IMG/VR virus record: IMGVR_UViG_3300050821_010409
Span: 1 to 30,159 of that record
Strand: one strand, 5' to 3'
Origin: a virus
Taxonomy: Duplodnaviria; Heunggongvirae; Uroviricota; Caudoviricetes
DNA: 30,159 nucleotides
Shown here: one piece after another, positions 15,651 to 23,825 of the stretch
Numbering within the stretch: the first letter of the stretch is position 1
How the letters are laid out: every line of letters begins with the position of its first letter
The notes under the pieces: generated by a model
Told to the model about the DNA's origin: nothing
The model's input: only the letters and a program-made list of their open reading frames with translations
Database searches by the model: none
Made by a program: the position numbers and the translations under genes

Positions 15651-16581
15651 AGATGTGGCAGTCCACCACGACCAGCCACGCGTCATCGGGCAGGCTGTCC
15701 ACGTAGGCGTTGGCCGCGCGCAGGTAGGCAGCCCGGTCGTCCGGGCCGTCGTCACTCATGCCGAACCAGCCCATCGTGCCTGGCGCCATCCACTCGCCGT
15801 CGGTCGTGAGCAGCGCGTAGCCGGGCACGGCCTGGTCCCGCTGCCGCCGTGCGTGCTCGTCCTCGCTGACGGAGAACACCTCCAGCACGTCCTTGCTGGA
15901 CCACCGGAACGGGCTGCCCTCCGCATTGAGTCGTGCCACCCGCAGCTGGCTGTGGTACTCCTGCCGCGCGCGCTCGATGGTGTAGCCGCTGCCCTCGCTG
16001 ACCATGCCGGCGAAGACGCTGAACGGGACCGCTTCTGGCAGTCCTGCCACCAGGCCCTGGTACTCGCGGTACAGCGTCCTGGCCTCGTCTTCCGCATCCT
16101 GGCGCACCTTCTCCAGGTCCAGCGCGCGCTTGGGGCCGCCATCGCAGCCGAAGAACGGGAACTTCTCCGGTGAGCTCCACGACTGCTCTGGCATCAGGAC
16201 TTCGCCAGCGTGCCCGGGCTTGTAGCGCAGGGAACCGCCCCACCGGCCGCCGACGGTGTACCAGTCCCACTTGGACTGCTGGTTGCGCGTGGACATCATG
16301 TAGGCCCGGTCGGTGTCCTCATCAAGGAACAGATGGTCGCCTTCATCGTCGGCACCCTGGCAGTACGCGACATTGACCGCGTCCGCGACCTGCTGCCAGG
16401 TCAGCGGGCCGTCTGGGAGCTTGCCCTCAGCGCGCAGGCTCTTCACGGCCCAGTGCTCCTCGGGCAGGCCGTCTTCATAGCTGCGGTATGGCGCTGCTTC
16501 CCTGTTCTCGTCGTACGGCGCGAGCATCTCGCTCAGCTGGCCAGGGTCTTCCAGGCAGGCCAGCACGATGAAGTGCGTCAT
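15649..16581 (-). CDS. Conserved hypothetical phage protein (KWDWYxxGGRW motif)
   Basis: MTHFIVLA...SKWDWYTVGGRWGG...DGEW...MGWFGMS...VVVDCHI; overlaps the upstream stop. Confidence 0.8.
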   Translation of the reverse strand: MTHFIVLACLEDPGQLSEMLAPYDENREAAPYRSYEDGLPEEHWAVKSLRAEGKLPDGPLTWQQVADAVNVAYCQGADDEGDHLFLDEDTDRAYMMSTRNQQSKWDWYTVGGRWGGSLRYKPGHAGEVLMPEQSWSSPEKFPFFGCDGGPKRALDLEKVRQDAEDEARTLYREYQGLVAGLPEAVPFSVFAGMVSEGSGYTIERARQEYHSQLRVARLNAEGSPFRWSSKDVLEVFSVSEDEHARRQRDQAVPGYALLTTDGEWMAPGTMGWFGMSDDGPDDRAAYLRAANAYVDSLPDDAWLVVVDCHI

Positions 16582-16796
16582 GCCGCGCCCTCCTCGTTCC
16601 TGACTGCCTCAGTGATGAGCCGGACCTGGCGCCGCTCCAGGGCCATGTGCAGCAGTTCCGGTGCGGACCAGGCGATCTCGTCAAGCACCCGCTGGACTTC
16701 CTTGCCTTCCAGGCGCACGTGCAGGTTGTCCTCTAGCGAGAACCCGAGCGTGGAGCCGGTGGCGCTTACGTGCTTCAGGCCACGGTGGACGATCAT
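16578..16796 (-). CDS. Hypothetical protein (72 aa)
   Basis: ATG 16796 overlaps the stop of 16793..17041 (ATGA). Confidence 0.7.
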   Translation of the reverse strand: MIVHRGLKHVSATGSTLGFSLEDNLHVRLEGKEVQRVLDEIAWSAPELLHMALERRQVRLITEAVRNEEGAA

Positions 16797-17041
16797 GCCC
16801 TGTCCCCTCCTGCCTTCTCTTCCGGGACGCCGGTGAGCCACCGGAGCTGCACGACGGGGCCGTCCTCGTCGTATTCCGTGATGGCAGTGAGCTCCGCGGT
16901 GCCCGGGATGCCCTCGCTTGCCAGGAACGCCGGCAGTTCCGCCGCCGTGATGCCACCGGGCAGCGTGGCGCGCTCCTCCTGCACCCAGCGGTCACCCGAC
17001 CAGTACTGGGGCTTGAAGCCGTCAGGCCATCGCGTTGTCAT
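16793..17041 (-). CDS. Hypothetical protein (82 aa)
   Basis: RBS aaggacgagg; motif copy 17061-17075(-) upstream. Confidence 0.75.
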   Translation of the reverse strand: MTTRWPDGFKPQYWSGDRWVQEERATLPGGITAAELPAFLASEGIPGTAELTAITEYDEDGPVVQLRWLTGVPEEKAGGDRA

Positions 17042-17089
17042 GGCCTCGTCCTTTCTTGGTGTCTGATGCAGTATAACTCATCGGGGCAC

Positions 17090-17748
17090 GGGCTGGCTAC
17101 TTCGCCGCGCGTGCCAGGAGGCTGCTGGCTGGCCACTTCGTCTTGGCTGCATGGTTGGCTGAGTTCTGCTGGCCGCGCGGGGCACGCGTACCTTGGCTGG
17201 CTGTAAACCCGTGGCTGCAGGACACCGGCACGCTGGCTGGCTCAGGTCGTATGGCTGCATGCCCTGGCTGCGGGATGATGGCTGGCTCGTATATCCTGGC
17301 TGCGGCTCCGCATCGTTGGCTGACCGTCACTCAGGGCTGATGTACCGTGGCTGGCTAATGCCCCCTGGCTGCAGGTCGTGTGCATCATCATGATGGCTGG
17401 CAAGCGTCCGATGGCTGCTCGTCTAGTGTGGCTGACTGGTGGTCATGTGCATCATCATCATCATCATCATCATCATGGCAGGCAGGCGTTCCATGGCTGC
17501 GCGTTTACTGCGGGCTAGCTCATGATCCCGATGGCTGGCACACGTTCAAGGGCTGCATTTTTGTCCTGGCTGGCTAACGCCCCCTGGCTGCGGGTTCATG
17601 ACTGGCTAGTTGCTCCTTGGCTGCCGGCACCGGTACGTTGGCTGGCTGACACTGAGTGGCGGCATGGCGTCGTTGGCTGGCTAACGGTCATTGGCTGCGG
17701 GTTCACGGCGGCATGGCGTGGTTGGCTGGCTAGTGGTCACGGGCCGCA
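17090..17748 (-). ncRNA. TIGR-like array I, the largest (~18 units)
   Basis: About 650 bp of alternating tggctggct / tggctgc repeats filling the gap between the 17752 stop and the 17061-17075 motif. Confidence 0.85.
17450..17476. repeat. (CAT)9 microsatellite inside array I
   Basis: Nine perfect CAT copies; a related (CAT)3 lies near 17382. Confidence 0.95.
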
Positions 17749-17751
17749 AGG

Positions 17752-18330
17752 TTACTCATCGTCGTCTTCCCGGAGCTGCGCCAGGAACTCCTCGTTGCCC
17801 GGCAGTGCCGCCAGCGGCCAGCGTGCCGTGCGGGCGCACGGGTAGTACCCGTGGTTGCCGCCTGGCTCGCTACGGCTAGCGAACCGGCCCAGGTCGTGCG
17901 GCTGCTTCTGGAAGCCCCGGTACACCTCGAACAGGCCGTCTCCGTCGAGGTCGATGACGTAGCCCCACTCAGCGAACAGCGAGTCCAGCGGGAAGTCGCG
18001 GGCGTCCTCAATGACCCCCGCTGCCAGCATCAGGCCCGGCTCCCCTTGCGTGGCGCGCAGCAGGACGTACCAGTCGCGCAGGCTCCCGGTGCCCACGCCC
18101 TGGTCCGCGAAGCCGGCGAGCCGGGCGACGTCTTCGTCTGTGGGCGCGCTGCCCGGGCTGGCGACCTGCAGGGCAGCTGCCTGCTGGCGCAAGGCCGCCG
18201 GGTCCTTGGCCGCTTCCCGCAGCCACCCTAGCACCGCCAGGCCCAGGCCATCAGGGTAGCTGTCCCAGTGGTTGTAGGCCGTCTTCTCCTCGTCGTTCAC
18301 GGCGAAGGTGATGAATCCTCGTGTTCCCAT
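17752..18330 (-). CDS. Conserved hypothetical protein (MGTRG...YNHWDSYP family)
   Basis: RBS aagagaagg and GC3-rich codons. Confidence 0.8.
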   Translation of the reverse strand: MGTRGFITFAVNDEEKTAYNHWDSYPDGLGLAVLGWLREAAKDPAALRQQAAALQVASPGSAPTDEDVARLAGFADQGVGTGSLRDWYVLLRATQGEPGLMLAAGVIEDARDFPLDSLFAEWGYVIDLDGDGLFEVYRGFQKQPHDLGRFASRSEPGGNHGYYPCARTARWPLAALPGNEEFLAQLREDDDE

Positions 18331-18349
18331 GCCTTCTCTTTCTTTCCGC

Positions 18350-18538
18350 TCAGGACCTGCTGGCCGTCAGTCCCGCCAGGAGCCGGAGCAGGTCCGTCAT
18401 GCGCACCTCGATGGCGCCATGCGTGCCGCCCTGGGAGCCGATGATGAAGACGCGGGCCGTGACTGTGCCCGGCTCGTGGTTCACCTCCAGCTTCATCAGG
18501 TCGTGTGCGCCTGTCCCGTAAGCTTTCCAGGTGTTCAC
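18350..18538 (-). CDS. Hypothetical protein (62 aa)
   Basis: GTG 18538 overlaps the DUF932 stop (GTGA); MNTWKAYGTGAHDLMKLEV... Confidence 0.6.
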   Translation of the reverse strand: MNTWKAYGTGAHDLMKLEVNHEPGTVTARVFIIGSQGGTHGAIEVRMTDLLRLLAGLTASRS

Positions 18539-19689
18539 GCCAGTGCCGCTTCCCTTGCCAGCGCTGCCGCCTTCGCCTTCAGCGGCTCGGCCTTGAGCAG
18601 GTTGCGGTTCAGCCGGCTCTCCCAGGAATTCGCGCGCCGCGCCCAGTCCAGGTACTCGCCAGCCGCCTGCACCAGCCCGTACGCGGTGCCGCCGATGCCA
18701 GCGCCTTCCACGGTCGGCCCGTTCAGGAAGCCGAGCACGGCCGCGCGCGCCGTCTCGATGTTGGCCATCACCCGGTCTGAGACGATGCCGTCCGGCGGGG
18801 CCGGGATGAACTCGCGCAGCCACAGCTGCTGCTGCGCCGGGGTCACCGCGATCCCGAGCAGCCCGCTCATCACCTCGGTGTACTCCCGCGCCTCGTTGCG
18901 GGCGAACTGCAGGGCCTCGCGAGCCTCGGTGACCCGGTCCCGCCAGTCCCCGCGGTGGCTGAAGGAGAAGACCGCGCCGGTGCGCTCGCCCTCGGCCTCA
19001 GCGAGTGAGTAGGTGTTCCCGCACACGATCCTGACCTCGGTCAGCCGCGCCGCGCAGCTGGCCTTCCCGGTGTGGTCACTGGTGACGCCCAGGTACGGGA
19101 AGCTGTAAGACGCGTCAATGCGCCCGCGGGCCGTTACCTGGTGCGGCTCGTCCAGCCGGGCCAGCATCCAGACCCGGCGCCCGCCGTCCAGGCAGCCCCC
19201 GGTCTCCAGCTTGACCGTGCTGTCAGACCCGGTGACGGCGTCGATGATCTCGCCGAAGTCGCTGTTCGGGATGAGCCTGTAGGAAGCGCGCTGGTATGAC
19301 AGCGTGGCCCCGGTGTCGCTGCGGGCGATCCGGCGCCACTGGTCACTGTCGTCAGCGGCGCTGTCCACGATCTCGGCGACCAGGGGGCCGAACACGACCA
19401 CGTCATTGACAGGGCGCCGGAAGGATTCTAGCCACAAGCTGGTGACGTCGCTGGCCAGTTCATCAGCGCTCAGCTCCCCGCGGGACATGATGAGGTCCCG
19501 GGCGCGCTCGCGGAACTGGGCCGCGGTCATCACCTGCTCGCTGGTCACCGGGTAGGCGACGGGGTCCCAGTCCAGCCCGGCCAGGGCCCGGGCCTCGGCG
19601 AACGTCTGCGGGTAGTCGTCGGTGACGATGCCCTCCCGGTGCCAGGGCACCTGGCGGACGGAGAACATGGCATCTACGTTTGCTGGCAT
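18535..19689 (-). CDS. DUF932 / TIGR03299-like phage-plasmid protein
   Basis: MPANVDAMFSVRQVPWH...AGLDW...ETGGCLDGGRRVWMLA...RIVCGNT; motif copy 19758-19772(-) upstream. Confidence 0.85.
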   Translation of the reverse strand: MPANVDAMFSVRQVPWHREGIVTDDYPQTFAEARALAGLDWDPVAYPVTSEQVMTAAQFRERARDLIMSRGELSADELASDVTSLWLESFRRPVNDVVVFGPLVAEIVDSAADDSDQWRRIARSDTGATLSYQRASYRLIPNSDFGEIIDAVTGSDSTVKLETGGCLDGGRRVWMLARLDEPHQVTARGRIDASYSFPYLGVTSDHTGKASCAARLTEVRIVCGNTYSLAEAEGERTGAVFSFSHRGDWRDRVTEAREALQFARNEAREYTEVMSGLLGIAVTPAQQQLWLREFIPAPPDGIVSDRVMANIETARAAVLGFLNGPTVEGAGIGGTAYGLVQAAGEYLDWARRANSWESRLNRNLLKAEPLKAKAAALAREAALA

Positions 19690-19832
19690 TGCCAAGCGCT
19701 TCTTTCTCCTGTGCCGCGCAGCGTGCCCCGGAGCTTCCCGGATCGGCTGCGCTAAGTGTCTGTTACAGTATATAACGCAATGACGGCAAGGTCTATTCCG
19801 GATGGTAAGAAGATATTTTTCGAATAAATGTT

Positions 19833-20135
19833 CTAGTAATGTAAGCGCCAGCGCAGGTTGCTGAATGAGTCATCCAGCTTGCCGCCTGGGCCGTGCCGGG
19901 CACGGCGCCCGCGGCCTGGTTCGCTGAAGGCCTCCAGCACGAGGCGCGCGACGGTGAACGCCCGGGCACGGCCGTACTTATGCAGGCGCACGAACCGGTA
20001 CCCGGCGGAGTTAACCTGTGGCGCGAGCAAGCCGCCGTGCGCGGAGGGCCGCGCCAGTGAGTACACCTGGCCATGGCTGCTGACCTCATACCATCCCTGG
20101 TAGCCGGGGACAGGCCGCCACAGCTCATCGCACAC
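19833..20135 (-). CDS. NUMOD4 domain with a degenerate HNH motif
   Basis: ELWRPVPGYQGWYEVSSHGQV (NUMOD4); VARLVLEAF...RHGPGGKLDDSFSNLRW. Confidence 0.8.
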   Translation of the reverse strand: MCDELWRPVPGYQGWYEVSSHGQVYSLARPSAHGGLLAPQVNSAGYRFVRLHKYGRARAFTVARLVLEAFSEPGRGRRARHGPGGKLDDSFSNLRWRLHY

Positions 20136-20198
20136 TTAACAGGCTAGCTGGTGTACCCTGCCGGTAACATGCCGCGGCCCTGACCGGAGCCGGCTCGC

Positions 20199-21044
20199 TC
20201 AGTCCTGACGGAGCAGCCAGTGGCCACGGAACCGCTTGGTGCGCATCATGCACTCGCGGCAGCCCGTCGTCCCCCGCTCTGGGTGCACGATCCTGTTAGC
20301 CCCGGCCAGCCGGTGCCCGAGCGGGCAGTCAGGTGGGCGCCACGTGGGAATGATCCGGGCGTTCGCGTGCGTGATGACCAGGGCAGTGAACGCCTCGTCA
20401 TCGATCTTCCCGCTAGCCCAGGTGGCCCAGCTGCTGGCCAGTGCAGTGTATTCGTCCTCGCTGGCGCCCCGGGCTACCCAGCCCTGATTGATCTTCGTCA
20501 GCGGGCTGCGGGCCAAGTTGACGCCTGGCGTTACCGCTTCCAGGTGCAGCGGGTTCTGGCACCTGCGGTGCAGGCAGGACGCCAGCCCCCTGCACGAGCC
20601 ATCCCGGTTGTGGCAGGCATGGTCGATCCAGAAGCCGGCTGCGATCAGCCCGGTGGCCAGCTCCCAGCCCGCAATGTGCGCGGAGACGCCCTGACCATCC
20701 CAGTGAAGTTGCCCGTAACCAGTCGTGCTGACAATCGTTCCCGTCCAGGGCCAGCACTCCCCAGCCGTGCGCCGGTCAACGCCTGCGTAATACCGCACGT
20801 CATCGGGCGCCGTCTTCAGCGTCGTCAGTTCTGTCGTGCCCTGGAAATACTGCCGGTAATAATGCCTCTTGCACAGCCCTTTACCCATGTAGTCGTCAGA
20901 GCACTGCCCACCAGCCGCTGCCGTGCACGTTCGGTCAGGCACGGCTTTTTGCGGAAGCGTGCCAGCTTCCTTCCGGCGCTTGTAGCAGGCACCGCACAGC
21001 CCGCGGCGCGGCGGCCTGTCACGACCGCAATCAGTACAGATCAC
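20199..21044 (-). CDS. HNH endonuclease with N- and C-terminal Zn-binding modules
   Basis: CWPWTG...GYG...AHIAGW...DHACHN...CQNPLHLEAVT...N; CTDC..CGAC; CPLGH..CREC. Start uncertain (21044, 21062 or 21119). Confidence 0.85.
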   Translation of the reverse strand: MICTDCGRDRPPRRGLCGACYKRRKEAGTLPQKAVPDRTCTAAAGGQCSDDYMGKGLCKRHYYRQYFQGTTELTTLKTAPDDVRYYAGVDRRTAGECWPWTGTIVSTTGYGQLHWDGQGVSAHIAGWELATGLIAAGFWIDHACHNRDGSCRGLASCLHRRCQNPLHLEAVTPGVNLARSPLTKINQGWVARGASEDEYTALASSWATWASGKIDDEAFTALVITHANARIIPTWRPPDCPLGHRLAGANRIVHPERGTTGCRECMMRTKRFRGHWLLRQD

Positions 21045-21139
21045 ACTGGTATAGTATCGCATGTCACAAGGTATGTGACACCCGAGGCCGTGCACGGAGC
21101 CGGGTCCTTCGCAACACATAGCGTAAGGAGTCAGCTACA

Positions 21140-21574
21140 GTGAGTCGGATCCACGGAAGGAATGGCATCGCGTACGTCGGCGTGAATCCCGCCGACCTCG
21201 CCAGTCCCATGGCTTTCTTGTCGGACTGGAGCATCAATTTTGTCGTTAACAAAGTCGACGTAACCTCCATGGGCGACCAGAACCTCATCTGGGTCGCCGG
21301 GTTGCCCGACGCTTCCGGTGACTTCACCGGGTTCTACGACACGGCCACGGCGCAGACGTACGTGGCGGCCACTGACGGCCTGCCGCGCAACTTCTACCTC
21401 TACCCGAGCACGCTCGGCGTGCAGGGGTCCGCACCGGGCCAATACTTCTTTGGCCAAATCCTCCCTGATTTCAGCGTCGCGGGCGGCGTGGCGGCAGCCG
21501 TGAGCCTGAAGAGCACCTGGAACGCTGCGACGCGCATTCAGCGTTATCCAACTGTAGGCATAGCCGGAACCTGA
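21140..21574 (+). CDS. Major tail (tail tube) protein
   Basis: IHGRNG...DWSINF...VDVTSMGD...GLPDASGDFTGFYD...YFFGQI, upstream of the chaperone and tape measure genes. Confidence 0.75.
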   Translation: MSRIHGRNGIAYVGVNPADLASPMAFLSDWSINFVVNKVDVTSMGDQNLIWVAGLPDASGDFTGFYDTATAQTYVAATDGLPRNFYLYPSTLGVQGSAPGQYFFGQILPDFSVAGGVAAAVSLKSTWNAATRIQRYPTVGIAGT

Positions 21575-21611
21575 TAACTGTGAAGAGCGTAATTATGCGG
21601 TATCGTGCAGC

Positions 21612-22328
21612 ATGGCTCAAGAGACATGCTCAATCGAAGGCTGCGCGAATTCGCATTACGCTCGCGGCTGGTGCGCTGCGCACTGGCAGCGGAACCGGCG
21701 CTACGGAGATCCCCTGGGCGGAGGGCCGATGCGCCAGCCGCCCAGGGAGTGCTCCGTGGAGGGCTGCACCCGTCCCTACAGCGCCAAGGGCTTGTGCAGC
21801 ATGCACTACTACCGGGCGAAGGCAAACAACGGGGAAGCAGGAGGGGCCAGGCCACGTAAGAACGCCGGCTCTCGCAAGCCCAGCCAGCCGCGTCTGTGCG
21901 AAGTCGAAGGCTGCGGTTCTCTTCACTACGGCCGCGGATTCTGCCTTCGGCACTACCAGCGCTGGAAGGACTACGGGGACGCTAATGAGCCGTTGCGCCG
22001 TGGCCAGAACGGCTCAGGTCACCGGGGCGTCAACAACCAGGGCTACGTCGTGCTCAAGTACGGCAAGTGGACCATCCTGGAGCACCGTGCCGTCGCGGAA
22101 GTCAAGCTCGGCCGCAGGCTCTACCCATTCGAGAACGTGCACCACGTCAACGGCATCAAGACCGACAACCGGCCCGAGAACCTGGAGGTCTGGGTGAAGG
22201 TGCAGCCAACAGGCCAGCGCCTGGAAGACCTGATCACCTTCGTCACGCAGTACTACCCGAATGAGGTCCAGGCGGTCCTGGGTCGCGCGCGGGCGCTGAC
22301 CAGGGCCGAGCTAACGGGCTCCGCATAA
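21612..22328 (+). CDS. HNH endonuclease with three CxxxxC...CxxH Zn repeats
   Basis: CSIEGC..CAAH, CSVEGC..CSMH and CEVEGC..CLRH; EHRAVAE...VHHVNGIKTDNRPENLE. Confidence 0.9.
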   Translation: MAQETCSIEGCANSHYARGWCAAHWQRNRRYGDPLGGGPMRQPPRECSVEGCTRPYSAKGLCSMHYYRAKANNGEAGGARPRKNAGSRKPSQPRLCEVEGCGSLHYGRGFCLRHYQRWKDYGDANEPLRRGQNGSGHRGVNNQGYVVLKYGKWTILEHRAVAEVKLGRRLYPFENVHHVNGIKTDNRPENLEVWVKVQPTGQRLEDLITFVTQYYPNEVQAVLGRARALTRAELTGSA

Positions 22329-22455
22329 CTGAACAGTTCAGGAAAACGGCCAGGCGAGCACGGCGCTCGTGCCCGCCTGGCCACCCTCTCCCCCAGTGCG
22401 ACGCTGGGGTATCACGCAGTCTACATCATCAGATCCTGATACGGGACGGACCACG

Positions 22456-22782
22456 ATGACAGCACGGAAGATCACCCGCGACAGCGGCGACGCCACGGAC
22501 TTTGACGAAACGCGGCGGCTGCTGTACATGGCACTGCTGGTCAACGAGACCAAGCGGTTCAACCTTGCCGCGACCCTGGTCAACGCACTCGCGCACCATC
22601 ACCTAGTCACGGACCTGACGGTCGCGGAGATCACCCGGCACGTGGTGAACGCAACGCGCGGCATCGACAACGCCACCGGATCGGACCTGGAGGAGAACGA
22701 GGCCCGGCAGGAAGGCGTTGCCTGGATCCAGAAGCAGATTGACCGGATCACTGCTGAGCTAGGAGATGGTCCTGGTGCCTGA
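22456..22782 (+). CDS. Hypothetical protein (108 aa)
   Basis: ATG 22456 after gggacgga; GC3-rich codons. Confidence 0.65.
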   Translation: MTARKITRDSGDATDFDETRRLLYMALLVNETKRFNLAATLVNALAHHHLVTDLTVAEITRHVVNATRGIDNATGSDLEENEARQEGVAWIQKQIDRITAELGDGPGA

Positions 22783-23416
22783 GGCAGAGGCCGACTACAC
22801 GATCGACTGGGATGAGCCGGTCCCGGCCGTCACGCTCCCCCCGCCGCGGCCGGCCAAGGCCCAGGCTGCCATCCCGGCCAAGGCTGACCGCGCGCTGGCC
22901 CGGGTCCAGGCCACTGCCGCGGAGAAGAACCTGCAGCCGCCCGACGACGACGATGAGGTCACGACCGGGAGCGTCATCGCTTCGGGTGACCGCGTCACGC
23001 TGCTCGGCCAGGAGTTCCGGGTCTCAGAGCGGATCGGCCTGATGCCGCTGCTGAAGTTCGCCTCTGCCTCGGACGTGGACACCCAGGATCCGCGGGCGCT
23101 GGCTGCCATGTACACCATGCTGCGCGACTGCATTTACGAGGGGTCGCCGGGCTGCGGGGAGTGCGAGCACTGCGAGGCGCGCAACGAGACGGCCTGCAAA
23201 GCCTACGAGAGGGGTGACTGGAGCAGGTTCGAGGAGCACGCGATGGTCACCAAGGCCGATGCTGACGACCTGATGGGCGTGGTCTCCAAGGTGCTGGAGA
23301 TCGCGTCCGGGCGCCCTACCCCGCCGCGTGGTGGCTCACCCGCTACTGCGCGCAGAACGCGGGCCGGCTTGACGGCGAGCGGCTCCGCCACGCGGAAGCG
23401 GGGATCGAGGCGCTGA
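22766..23416 (+). CDS. Tail assembly chaperone (gpG-like); start may be GTG 22775
   Basis: IGLMPLLKFA...LAAMYTMLRDCI...DWSRF...DDLMGVV...GRPT; located between tail tube and tape measure genes. Confidence 0.75.
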   Translation: MVLVPEAEADYTIDWDEPVPAVTLPPPRPAKAQAAIPAKADRALARVQATAAEKNLQPPDDDDEVTTGSVIASGDRVTLLGQEFRVSERIGLMPLLKFASASDVDTQDPRALAAMYTMLRDCIYEGSPGCGECEHCEARNETACKAYERGDWSRFEEHAMVTKADADDLMGVVSKVLEIASGRPTPPRGGSPATARRTRAGLTASGSATRKRGSRR

Positions 23417-23655
23417 GCCCGCGCCAGCTGCTCAACTTCGCTTACGCCCTCATCACTAGCGAGATGACGGGGGAGGAAGCGGAGAAGTTCGAGGAGGACA
23501 TCGGCATGAGGACCAGCCCGGAGGCGGTGGCGCTGGCCGCGCTGCGGGCGCACCAGGAGGCCAGCGGGATGGCCTTCGATGACCCGGACGCGCCGGTTGC
23601 CGCCCCGCTGGGCAGCCGGGACGAGGAGATCCCGGGAGCGTGGATGGGACGGTGA
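23314..23655 (+). CDS. gpT-like -1 frameshift extension of the tail assembly chaperone
   Basis: The -1 frame from C-CCT-ACC (23314-23320) reads PYPAAWWLTRYC...GIEALSPRQLLNFAY... to TGA 23655, with no convincing start of its own. Confidence 0.6.
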   Translation, partial: PYPAAWWLTRYCAQNAGRLDGERLRHAEAGIEALSPRQLLNFAYALITSEMTGEEAEKFEEDIGMRTSPEAVALAALRAHQEASGMAFDDPDAPVAAPLGSRDEEIPGAWMGR

Positions 23656-23678
23656 GGCGCACGGGGATCTCCTCGTCC

Positions 23679-23792
23679 CGGCTGGCTGATGTCGCCTGGC
23701 TGCATGCGGGCGGCAGGGCGCACTGGGACCTTGGCTGGCTGATGTCACCTGGCGGCACGCGGATCACGGCTGGCCGTGGAGCACTGGCTGTG
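23679..23792 (-). ncRNA. TIGR-like array J (3 units) with an upstream promoter motif and a downstream 20-bp hairpin
   Basis: cggctggct gatgtcgcc tggctgca ... tggctggct gatgtcacc tggcggca cgcggatca cggctggcc gtggagcac tggctg; motif at 23792-23806(-). Confidence 0.75.
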
Positions 23793-23825
23793 TATTACCG
23801 AGTATAGCAGGACGGAGGGAACGGC

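Noticed and set aside
11881-17845. ORFs overlapping the arrays (e.g. 11966..13297+, 13030..13281-, 15349..15627-, 17097..17330-, 17380..17577+)
   Set aside because: Their W/L/A/G- or S/Q/P-rich translations are by-products of the GGCT repeats, and they lack RBSs.
4108-23792. GCTGGCT as a polar Chi/KOPS-like or stoperator DNA signal
   Set aside because: Motifs occur in phased arrays with fixed spacer lengths, and array D is inverted together with its local transcription direction. An RNA role fits better, though a DNA role is not formally excluded.
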